Origin: an uncultured Planctomycetia bacterium
GTDB taxonomy: Bacteria > Omnitrophota > Gorgyraeia > 2-02-FULL-51-18
Direction: 5' to 3'
NCBI GenBank assembly: GCA_964503765.1
Contig: CAZDBQ010000131.1
Span: 1-43,148, forward strand
Length of the DNA: 43,148 nucleotides
Position numbers and translations under genes: made by a program. Positions 1 to 7,815 of this stretch are shown piece by piece; positions within the stretch are counted from its first letter, which is position 1; each line of letters begins with the position of its first letter. Under the pieces are notes generated by a model, which did not search any database, was not told where the DNA came from, and was given only the letters and a program-made list of their open reading frames with translations.

Positions 1-134
1 GCGAGCCGGTTCATGTGGATACTTTGATTGACCATAGTGGTCTTGCGGTGGGGAAAGCGATCGCGGTCGTGTCGGGGATGGAAATCAAGGGGCTGATAAA
101 ACAGCTGCCCGGAAAAATTTTTGTAAGGAAATAA
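1..134 (+). CDS. dprA: 3' end of an upstream gene (partial). The C-terminal winged-helix region resembles DNA-processing protein DprA/Smf.
   Basis: Frame 3 is open from the window edge to TAA at 132-134. It reads EPVHVDTLIDHSGLAVGKAIAVVSGMEIKGLIKQLPGKIFVRK, which resembles the DprA C-terminal domain. dprA directly upstream of topA is a common arrangement. Only 43 aa are visible. Confidence 0.5.
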   Translation, partial: EPVHVDTLIDHSGLAVGKAIAVVSGMEIKGLIKQLPGKIFVRK

Positions 135-144
135 GAGAGCAGCC

Positions 145-2415
145 ATGTCGCAAATGACACAAGCCATATCCATTAAATTAAACGGCGAGAAAAAAAGTCT
201 CTCCTCAGCGTTGACGCTGGCGGAGCTACTTTTGGAATTGGCGATCCCCAAAGAAAAAGTAGTGATTGAGCTTAATCTTGAGATTATTCCTAAGGACCGG
301 TGGGAGAGTGTTTGTTTGAAAGAGGCGGATCAGGTTGAGATTGTCCATTTTGTAGGAGGCGGCGCGGGCGCTTCGGGAGCGAAGGCCCTTGTGATCGTTG
401 AGTCGCCCGCGAAGTGCAAGACGATCCATAAATATTTAGGGCCCAATTTTGAGGTCACCGCTTCGATGGGCCACGTCATTGACCTCCCCAAGAGCAAGAT
501 GGGAATCGATATTGAAAATAACTTTGAGCCAAAGTACATCGTGGTAAAAGACAGAAAAAAAACGTTGAGTGAGCTTAAGAAGAAGGCCAAGGGCAAGAAA
601 GAAATTTACCTGGCCTGCGATCCTGACCGTGAGGGAGAGGCCATTAGCTGGCACCTGAAAAATCAGCTCGGAGAAGGAAAAAAAGTTTGCCGTGTTGTTT
701 TTAACGAGATCACGAAGGAAGCGGTTCAGGAGGCCTTTAAGCACCCCATGGAAATTGACATGAATCTTGTGGGAGCTCAACAGGCCAGACGTGTTTTGGA
801 CAGGTTGGTGGGGTATAGCTTAAGTCCTCTCTTATGGCAGAAGGTGGGCCGCGGACTTTCGGCGGGCCGTGTCCAGTCAGTGGCGCTGCGCCTGATCGTG
901 GACCGGGAGAAGGAAATTAAAGCCTTTGTGGCCGATGAGTACTGGACCATTGAGGCGGACCTAAAAAAGAAAAAGGGTGACCCTACGCCTTTTACCGCCA
1001 AACTTGAAAAGATAGGCGAGTCAAAGGCAGAGATAAAGGATCAAAAGACAGCGTCGACTATTTTTGAAAAGATAAAGCCGCACCCTTTTGTCGTGAAGGA
1101 CATCAAACGGCAAAAGAAGAAAAGAAATCCTTACCCTCCTTTCACCACTAGCAAGCTTCAGCAGGCTGCCTACAACGTGCTGAGGTTTCCTGCCTCTAAA
1201 ACCATGAAGGTCGCGCAGACGCTTTATGAAGGTGTGGACATCGGTTCAGAGGGAACGGTGGGGTTGATTACCTACATGAGAACGGACTCGGTAAGAATCT
1301 CTGAGACCGCGCTCAAGGAAACGCGTGAGCTCATCCTACGAGATTATGGAAAAGAGTATCTGCCTCACACTCCCAATATTTACAAGTCTAAAAAGCAAGC
1401 ACAGGAAGCTCACGAAGCCATCCGTCCCGCCTCCGTGATGAAGCGTCCGGGCGACATCGAGCAATATTTGACGCCTGACCAATCCAAACTTTATTCGCTG
1501 ATTTGGCAGCAGGCCGTTTCAAGCCAAATGACGCCCGCCCTGATCGCTCAGGAGACGGCGGATATTTTTGCCGGCGAGTTTCAGTTTAAGGCGACAGGAA
1601 GCCGCGTGGAGTTCCTAGGTTGTCTGGCGGCGCAAGGACGAACGGAGGAGCAGGACAATCCTCTGCCCGCCCTGGAACCCAATGAGATGTTGGACCTTAT
1701 TAATCTCGAAAACAATCAACACTTCACGAAGCCTCCGCCACGCTTCACCGACGCTTCGCTCGTAAAGGCGCTTGAAGAAAAGGGCATTGGGCGCCCCTCC
1801 ACGTACGCTCCGATCATTATGACACTGACGGGAAGGCACTACATCAATCGCGATGGGGGAAGTTTAGTCCCTACAGAGCTGGGGATTCTAGTGACGGATT
1901 TGCTCGTGCAGTATTTCTCCAAAGTGCTCGATTTCGAATTTACCGCTAAGATGGAAGAAGAGCTTGATCAAGTCGAGGAAGGGAAGTTTGAATGGGTGCA
2001 GGTCGTCAGAGATTTTTATGGCGTCTTCGCCGGCCAGATGGAGTTCGCGAAGACCCAGATGCAGCCTGTGAAGAGAGAGGTCGAGCCTACCGATGAGATC
2101 TGCGAGAAATGTGGAAAGCCAATGGTCATTAAATGGGGACGGCGCGGGCGCTTCATGAGCTGCTCCGCGTGGCCTGAATGCAAAAACGCGAAGTCCATTC
2201 CTACCGCGGTGGACTGTCCCCAATGTAAAAAAGGAAAGCTTGTCGCCAGGCGAGCGCGTTCTGGCAAGGGAAGGCCTTTTTATGGCTGCTCGGCTTACCC
2301 GGAATGCACTTTCATTGTTAACCGACTGCCAGCTGGCGATGCGGCCGCGAAGACTGTCCCTGAAGGCCAGGAAAAAGTTGTTGATGATAAAGAAACAATA
2401 GCGGAAGATTTTTAA
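145..2415 (+). CDS. topA: ThiS-like sulfur-carrier (beta-grasp) domain fused in frame to DNA topoisomerase I
   Basis: This is a single uninterrupted 756-codon ORF. aa 1-73 (nt 145-363) form a complete ThiS-type domain ending VEIVHFVGGG, followed by the short linker AGASG. aa ~79-756 are a type IA topoisomerase: Toprim start KALVIVESPAKCKTI, DPDREGE, catalytic-Tyr region GLITYMRTDS, and two C4 zinc ribbons (CEKCGKPM..CSAWPEC and CPQCKKGK..CSAYPEC). Confidence 0.9.
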   Translation: MSQMTQAISIKLNGEKKSLSSALTLAELLLELAIPKEKVVIELNLEIIPKDRWESVCLKEADQVEIVHFVGGGAGASGAKALVIVESPAKCKTIHKYLGPNFEVTASMGHVIDLPKSKMGIDIENNFEPKYIVVKDRKKTLSELKKKAKGKKEIYLACDPDREGEAISWHLKNQLGEGKKVCRVVFNEITKEAVQEAFKHPMEIDMNLVGAQQARRVLDRLVGYSLSPLLWQKVGRGLSAGRVQSVALRLIVDREKEIKAFVADEYWTIEADLKKKKGDPTPFTAKLEKIGESKAEIKDQKTASTIFEKIKPHPFVVKDIKRQKKKRNPYPPFTTSKLQQAAYNVLRFPASKTMKVAQTLYEGVDIGSEGTVGLITYMRTDSVRISETALKETRELILRDYGKEYLPHTPNIYKSKKQAQEAHEAIRPASVMKRPGDIEQYLTPDQSKLYSLIWQQAVSSQMTPALIAQETADIFAGEFQFKATGSRVEFLGCLAAQGRTEEQDNPLPALEPNEMLDLINLENNQHFTKPPPRFTDASLVKALEEKGIGRPSTYAPIIMTLTGRHYINRDGGSLVPTELGILVTDLLVQYFSKVLDFEFTAKMEEELDQVEEGKFEWVQVVRDFYGVFAGQMEFAKTQMQPVKREVEPTDEICEKCGKPMVIKWGRRGRFMSCSAWPECKNAKSIPTAVDCPQCKKGKLVARRARSGKGRPFYGCSAYPECTFIVNRLPAGDAAAKTVPEGQEKVVDDKETIAEDF

Positions 2416-2425
2416 CAGGAGCTCG

Positions 2426-3331
2426 ATGGACAGGCATACGGAAAAATTTTTGACGTATCTGAAAGTTGAGAAAAATTATTCTAACCATACGCTGGTGGCC
2501 TATGGGCACGATCTTAAAGAATTCTACAATTTTATGGGGGAGGCGCCGGTCCAGGACGCGGACCTGATTGCTTTAAGGAGATACCTGGCGCATCTGAAAT
2601 CGAATAATTTATCAAAGAGAAGCGTGGCCAGGCGTTTGGCGAGCTTGAGGACGTTTTATAAGTTTTTAACCCGCGAGGGCTACTTAAAGAAGAGCCCGAT
2701 GGGGCTCTTGAAGACGCCGAAGCTTGAAAAAAAGCTTCCGATGGTTTTGGACGAGACTGAAATTAGCCGGCTGATGGATTCTCCCATCGATGATATCGCG
2801 GGCCGTCGGGACAAGGCGCTCCTTGAGACTCTCTACTCCACCGGGATGCGTGTTTCGGAGCTCGTGCAGCTGAATATGGGCGGGGTTGATTTTATCGGAG
2901 GAGTATGCCGCGTTCGCGGAAAGGGAGGTAAGGAGCGGCTGTGTCCCATAGGGGACAGAGCGCTAAGAAGCATTCGAAGCTATTTGGAATTGAGGGAAGA
3001 AAAGCCCAACAAGCGAGAATCTGTTTCAAACGGAAAAAATCAAAACGCTCTTTTTTTGAATTATTCCCCAAACCAGGCAGGCTCGCGTCTCACTGACAGG
3101 AGCGTACGACGAGTGCTAGATAAATACATTGAAAGGACTTGCCGCAGGGAAAATATATCGCCGCATACGCTGCGTCATTCGTTCGCGACGCATCTTTTGA
3201 ACAAGGGGGCTGACTTAAGGTCTGTGCAGGAGCTCTTGGGACATGAAAATCTTTCAACCACTCAAATTTACACGCACGTGTCGACGCAGAGATTGAAGGA
3301 AGCCTATGACAAGGCGCACCCGAGGGCATAG
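2426..3331 (+). CDS. xerC: Tyrosine site-specific recombinase, XerC/XerD family
   Basis: The N-terminal Xer-type motif is FLTYLKVEKNYSNHTLVAYGHDLKEF. Catalytic residues sit in LYSTGMRVSEL (Arg), HTLRHSFATHLL (His-x-x-Arg) and LLGHENLSTTQIYTHV (His..Tyr). The gene lies directly after topA. Confidence 0.85.
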   Translation: MDRHTEKFLTYLKVEKNYSNHTLVAYGHDLKEFYNFMGEAPVQDADLIALRRYLAHLKSNNLSKRSVARRLASLRTFYKFLTREGYLKKSPMGLLKTPKLEKKLPMVLDETEISRLMDSPIDDIAGRRDKALLETLYSTGMRVSELVQLNMGGVDFIGGVCRVRGKGGKERLCPIGDRALRSIRSYLELREEKPNKRESVSNGKNQNALFLNYSPNQAGSRLTDRSVRRVLDKYIERTCRRENISPHTLRHSFATHLLNKGADLRSVQELLGHENLSTTQIYTHVSTQRLKEAYDKAHPRA

Positions 3332-4616
3332 GGTGATGAGATTTTTATACGATATTTGTTTTCTAATTTTCGCGTTATTTTATTTACCCTTCTTTCTCAT
3401 GAAGGGGAAGCACAAACAGGGTTTTTTGACTCGGCTTGGCCTAGTCCCGCGCCCGATAAGAGAAAGTTTGGCGGGTGAAAAAGTAATTTGGGTTCACGCC
3501 GTTTCGGTCGGGGAGATGGTGCAGGCCATAAGGCTTGTCAACGCGTTAAGGGAGAAGCTCCGGGAGTTTAAGTTTGTTTTAACCGCGACGACGGCCACGG
3601 GCCTGGAGGTCGCCCAGAAGCTGAAGAATGACGAGGATACGGCTCTCTACTTTCCCGTCGACTTTAGAATTTGCGTGAGTTCGTTTATCCGGGGCATTTC
3701 ACCGCAGGCGGTTGTTATCCTTGAAACGGAGATCTGGCCTAACGTGATTTATGAGCTTTCGCGGAGAAAGATTCCGGTTTATATCGTGAACGGCCGCATT
3801 TCAGATAAGGCGATAGACAGCTACAGGCGGGTACGACATTTTCTTCGTCCGGTCCTAAACCGTTTGTCGGGGATCAGTGTTCAAGATGATCTTATGAAAG
3901 CGAGATTTCTGGATTTGGGGGCTGACGCGAGACTGGTTTCTGTGACGGGCAATATGAAGTTTGACTGGAGGCCCGCGCCCCAAAGTGGGGAGGCCGTGGA
4001 AAACCTAAAAAGAGCCCTCAAGCCGTCAGACTCTTTTTTGTGCATCGCGGGGAGCACACATGAAGGAGAAGAGGAGATTTTATTTGAGATGTATTCCTCT
4101 GTCCGAAGGCTTTTTCCGTCCTTCAGGCTTCTCATCGCGCCACGCCACCCGGACAGAATCGAGGCGATTGAGGCAAGGGCTTTAAGAAAGGGCGTAGACG
4201 TAAAAAGGGTTTCAAGGATCGCGGCGTCCGGCGTTGTTCCTGAACACGCGGTTCTTCTTTTGGACACGATGGGCCTACTATCAAGCTTGTACCGCCTGGC
4301 GGATGTTGTCTTCGTGGGAGGGAGCTTGGTACCAAGCGGAGGCCATAATATCGTTGAACCGGCTTTTTTTGAACGGGCCATTATTTTTGGGCCTCATATG
4401 CAGAATTTTAGGGAAATGGCTGAGGCGTTTAAAAAGGCAAACGCGGCCATTGAAGTAAAGGACAGGGGTGAGCTGGAAAAGGCGCTGGTGTCGCTCCTGA
4501 AGGATTCCAAGACGAGGGGCGCTTTAGGACTCGCGGCAAAGTCGTTGGTTTTGCGGCACCAGGGCGCTACGGAAAGAAATACTCAAGAGTTGTTGTCAGC
4601 GTTCAAGATAAACTGA
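3306..4616 (+). CDS. waaA: 3-deoxy-D-manno-octulosonic acid (Kdo) transferase
   Basis: The N-terminal membrane anchor is FLYDICFLIFALFYLPFF. Family motifs are VIWVHAVSVGEMVQAIRLV and VFVGGSLVPSGGHNIVEPA. ATG 3306 overlaps xerC by 26 nt. ATG 3336 (MRFLYD..., with GAGGG 9 nt upstream) is an alternative start. The last sense codon and the TGA stop lie inside the left arm of the palindromic element. Confidence 0.9.
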   Translation: MTRRTRGHRVMRFLYDICFLIFALFYLPFFLMKGKHKQGFLTRLGLVPRPIRESLAGEKVIWVHAVSVGEMVQAIRLVNALREKLREFKFVLTATTATGLEVAQKLKNDEDTALYFPVDFRICVSSFIRGISPQAVVILETEIWPNVIYELSRRKIPVYIVNGRISDKAIDSYRRVRHFLRPVLNRLSGISVQDDLMKARFLDLGADARLVSVTGNMKFDWRPAPQSGEAVENLKRALKPSDSFLCIAGSTHEGEEEILFEMYSSVRRLFPSFRLLIAPRHPDRIEAIEARALRKGVDVKRVSRIAASGVVPEHAVLLLDTMGLLSSLYRLADVVFVGGSLVPSGGHNIVEPAFFERAIIFGPHMQNFREMAEAFKKANAAIEVKDRGELEKALVSLLKDSKTRGALGLAAKSLVLRHQGATERNTQELLSAFKIN

Positions 4617-4879
4617 CCAACGTATAAGTAATAGGAATTTGGCCGTGATGATTTTTGAACGAGACAAGGAGCGAGGAGACGGCATAGTGTTAACTATACC
4701 AACGACGAGAGACGCAGTCGCAGTCAAAAATCGTCCGGCCCCGGAGGGGAAGCCCCTCTTTTGCCCGACTGACTGCGTTGCTCCTCCTCGGCATAGTTAC
4801 TACTATTCCTCGTCGTCGCGCCTTGCATTCGGACAAAATAGGGACTTCCAAATTCCTATTACTTATACGTTGGTCAGTT
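4611..4879. repeat. 269-nt imperfect palindrome with perfect 32-bp terminal inverted repeats (MITE-like element or long structured RNA)
   Basis: 4611-4642 (aactgaccaacgtataagtaataggaatttgg) is the exact reverse complement of 4848-4879. By hand alignment the interior arms are also inverted-repeat related: 13/27 matches next to the termini, then 36/49 over 4671-4719 versus 4772-4820. The centre is a small GC hairpin at 4744-4758. No credible ORF lies inside. Confidence 0.7.
4744..4762 (+). terminator. Possible weak intrinsic terminator at the centre of the palindrome
   Basis: A 6-bp GC-rich stem (gagggg / cccctc) with the 3-nt loop aag is followed by TTTT (4759-4762). The stem is short and the U-tract is short. 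Confidence 0.25.
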
Positions 4880-4898
4880 AAACCGGAGAAATTTTCGT

Positions 4899-5879
4899 AT
4901 GAAAAAAATCATCGGCTCATTTTTATCGTCGATTTACCGCAACGTGGTTTTGATGAATCAGGCCAGCTATCGTTTATTTCCCTCTAGAATCAAAAAAGTC
5001 AACGCGCGCGTGATCAGTATCGGGAATATCACGTGGGGAGGAACGGGCAAGACACCGCTGGTGATCAGTCTCGCAAAGCACCTTTCGGAAGCCGGAAAAA
5101 AGGTGGCTGTTCTGACCAGGGGCTATGGAAAAGATGAAGTGGAGGAGCTGAAAAAAAGCCTCCCCAACACACCGATTCTCGTGGGCCGCGACAGAATCAA
5201 ATCCGCCCAGGAGGCCGTTAAAAAATTTAATGCCGAGATCCTGATTCTTGATGACGGATTCCAGCACATCCGGCTTCATCGGGACGTGGACGTGGTGAAT
5301 ATTAACGCCACGCTCCCTTTTGGCCCCGGGGGGTTGATCCCCGCCGGCACGCTGAGGGAGCCTTTGGAGAATCTATCGCGGGCACATATTTTTATGCTCA
5401 CGAAAAGTAACATCGGGTCAAAAAATCTCCATTGGATACGCCAGCGGCTTGCGTCGATCAAGCCGGATGCCGTGATCTTTGAAGCGGTCCATCATCCCGT
5501 TCATTTTTCTGATCTCAAAAGAAACCGTTACATGCCTTTGGCGGAAATTAAAGGCAGGAAGGTGGCGACCCTCTCAGGGATTGGAGACCCGTATTCGTTT
5601 GAAAAGACCGTCGAAAATCTTGGGGCCCACATACAACTGGCCGCGCGATTCGATGACCACCACTCGTACACTGAATCTGAGCTGATGGATTTTATCAACC
5701 GGTGCAAGGAAGTGGGCGTGCGGGAGGTGGTTACCACGCAGAAAGATTATTACCGTATCGAGCCCGTGCTCAAGAAAAAAAAGTCGCCCGAAGTGAGTCA
5801 CATGAGTTTTTACATACTAGAAATCGAATTCCAGGTGAATGATGAAGAAGACTTTATTAGAAGATGCGTTAATTCTTAA
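4899..5879 (+). CDS. lpxK: Tetraacyldisaccharide 4'-kinase
   Basis: The Walker A context is VISIGNITWGGTGKTPLVISLAKHL. Further family motifs are VLTRGYG and ILDDGFQH. GGAG lies 10 nt upstream of the ATG. Confidence 0.9.
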   Translation: MKKIIGSFLSSIYRNVVLMNQASYRLFPSRIKKVNARVISIGNITWGGTGKTPLVISLAKHLSEAGKKVAVLTRGYGKDEVEELKKSLPNTPILVGRDRIKSAQEAVKKFNAEILILDDGFQHIRLHRDVDVVNINATLPFGPGGLIPAGTLREPLENLSRAHIFMLTKSNIGSKNLHWIRQRLASIKPDAVIFEAVHHPVHFSDLKRNRYMPLAEIKGRKVATLSGIGDPYSFEKTVENLGAHIQLAARFDDHHSYTESELMDFINRCKEVGVREVVTTQKDYYRIEPVLKKKKSPEVSHMSFYILEIEFQVNDEEDFIRRCVNS

Positions 5880-7815
5880 CGTCACCAAAACGCTCCGGTT
5901 TTTTGTGCACTGGCTGCCGTTTGGGGTGTCCCTGTTTATCGGCCGGTGTTTTGGAAACGCGGTCTATTTATTGTCCAAGCGCCGGGGGATCGCGTACCGC
6001 AATCTGAGAGCAGCCTTCGCGACCGAGAAAACGAGGAAGGAGATGAAACGGATTGTCCGGAAGTCCATGCAGACGATGGGGCTGTCGGCGATGGAGCTCT
6101 TACGTTTTCCTGATTTGAACGAGCGTTACGTCAGGGAACATCTGGAATTTGTGGGCACTCACAAATTTGAGCCTTATCTCCGCGAAAAGAAGGGAATTAT
6201 TTTTCTGACGGCCCACTTTGGTAATTGGGAGTTTCTGAATCTCGCCGCCAACCTCGTGGGTTATCCTTTGGTCGCGCTGGCCCGCGCCCAGAAGCACCCG
6301 CGCTCAGATGAGTTTTTAAATTCCTTAAGAATTTCCAAGGGAGGCCAGGTCATAAGGAAGGGCATGCCCATGCGTGAGATTTTAAGATCGCTCAAGAACG
6401 GGAAGATTGTCGGGATTCTCAGCGATCAGGATGGCGGGCGCAACGGAACTTTTGTACGTTTTTTTAACCGCCTCTCATCGACGCCAAGCGGTGTGGCCAC
6501 GTTCGCGTTGCGCACGGGGTCGCCTATTTTTCCTGTTTTTATTTTTAGGGAAAACAACACCGAGCACCGTGTCGAGGTGGAGGGCCCCCTGGCGATGCCG
6601 GATGCCTCGACGGATCCCGCAGAAGCCGAGCGGATGATCCTTCAGCAGTTCGCGGAGATTTTGGAGTCCAAGATAAGAAAAGCGCCGGATCAGTGGCTAT
6701 GGTCTCACCGTCGCTGGAAATCCACCCCGGATCGCTTCGTGCTAGTGTTGAGCGACGGGAAGGCTGGGCATTTGAATCAGTCCCTAGCGGTTCTCGATGC
6801 CATCAAGGAGGCCAGGGCAGCGCAAGGCTTCGCCGCTGAGCATACCCATCCAAAAATCGTTGAGGTACGGTTCAGGAGCCGGCGGGTTGAAGAGGCCTTT
6901 AAGGTGCTTTGCCTCTTGACGCGCGGACATCTGCCGTTTAAAGTCTGGCTGCTCAAAGCAGTGCTGCATGAGAGTTGCTATGAAACCATTTTTAAAACTT
7001 ACGCGGATATCGTCGTTTCGTGCGGGTCGTCGCTGCTGGGCGTAAACCTTCTGGCGGCCTACGAAAACCTGGCTAAGTCGGTGGTCGTCATGAAGCCTCC
7101 TTTCTCACCCAAACGCTTTGACGCGGTGATTGTTCCGAGGCATGACAACGTGAAGCAAGACAGCAATATTTTTATTACGGACAGGGCCCTGTCTCATATT
7201 ACGGAGAATTATTTGGAAAGCGAGGCGGACAGTCTCGCCCAAGAACTCGCTCTCGCGCCCCAGGTTAAAAAAATTGGTCTTTTGGTCGGCGGAGACACTG
7301 AGAGCATTAAATTTTCAAGGGAAGCATTTGAGAAAGTCCTCTTGGGACTTGAGCGACATACCAAGGATTCTGAGGTGGTTCTCTTGGCGACGTCCTCGCG
7401 ACGCACTCCGGACTGGGCGGATGCGCTTCTAAAGAGTATTTTTTCAAAGAATAAGCAGGGTTGCCCGCTCTTGGTTATTGCCAACGAGTCTAACAAGAAT
7501 GGGGTGATGGGGGGGATTCTGGGTCTATGCGATGTCGTGGTGGTCACGGGTGAATCTATCTCCATGGTATCGGAGGCCGTTTCTTCCGGTAAGCCAGTGG
7601 TACTCTTTACGCCTTGGAATAATGCTAAAGTGAAACCGAAGCTCCAAGTTTTTTTAAATCGAATGCTGGATCAAAAATTGGTCGTGTTGGCCACAGCTGA
7701 AAATATTTATGAAACAGTTCGTTCGCTGCTTGAATGCAGTACCGGAGAAATGAACCATTCTTATTTATCCCGCGATAAAGAGGTTTTGATGCAAGCAGCC
7801 AAGAGGGTCGCTTAG
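5839..7815 (+). CDS. lpxL: Fusion of a lipid A late acyltransferase (LpxL/HtrB family) with a C-terminal ELM1/DUF1022-type GT-B domain
   Basis: aa 1-~295 are the acyltransferase, with the HX4E motif in LTAHFGNWEF and SDQDGG. aa ~299-658 (nt ~6733-7815) are ELM1/DUF1022-like: VLVLSDGKAGHLNQSLAV, FDAVIVPRHD, LLVGGDT, ATSSRRTP, VTGESISMVSEAVSSGKPV. The ORF overlaps lpxK by 41 nt. Confidence 0.75.
   Translation: MMKKTLLEDALILNVTKTLRFFVHWLPFGVSLFIGRCFGNAVYLLSKRRGIAYRNLRAAFATEKTRKEMKRIVRKSMQTMGLSAMELLRFPDLNERYVREHLEFVGTHKFEPYLREKKGIIFLTAHFGNWEFLNLAANLVGYPLVALARAQKHPRSDEFLNSLRISKGGQVIRKGMPMREILRSLKNGKIVGILSDQDGGRNGTFVRFFNRLSSTPSGVATFALRTGSPIFPVFIFRENNTEHRVEVEGPLAMPDASTDPAEAERMILQQFAEILESKIRKAPDQWLWSHRRWKSTPDRFVLVLSDGKAGHLNQSLAVLDAIKEARAAQGFAAEHTHPKIVEVRFRSRRVEEAFKVLCLLTRGHLPFKVWLLKAVLHESCYETIFKTYADIVVSCGSSLLGVNLLAAYENLAKSVVVMKPPFSPKRFDAVIVPRHDNVKQDSNIFITDRALSHITENYLESEADSLAQELALAPQVKKIGLLVGGDTESIKFSREAFEKVLLGLERHTKDSEVVLLATSSRRTPDWADALLKSIFSKNKQGCPLLVIANESNKNGVMGGILGLCDVVVVTGESISMVSEAVSSGKPVVLFTPWNNAKVKPKLQVFLNRMLDQKLVVLATAENIYETVRSLLECSTGEMNHSYLSRDKEVLMQAAKRVA

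Noticed and set aside
4639-4987. The ORF-track entries 4639-4881 (80 aa, TTG start) and 4778-4987 (69 aa) in the waaA-lpxK gap.
   Set aside because: They run through the arms of the palindromic element. Their sequences are low-complexity (YYYSSSSR) with no recognisable family. The second overlaps the well-supported lpxK start. The inverted-repeat structure explains the region better.
5839-5879. The 41-nt lpxK/lpxL overlap as a possible programmed frameshift or assembly error.
   Set aside because: Both ORFs have complete, family-typical termini (the LpxK C-terminus and the LpxL N-terminal hydrophobic segment). There is no slippery heptamer. Overlapping genes are the norm throughout this window.
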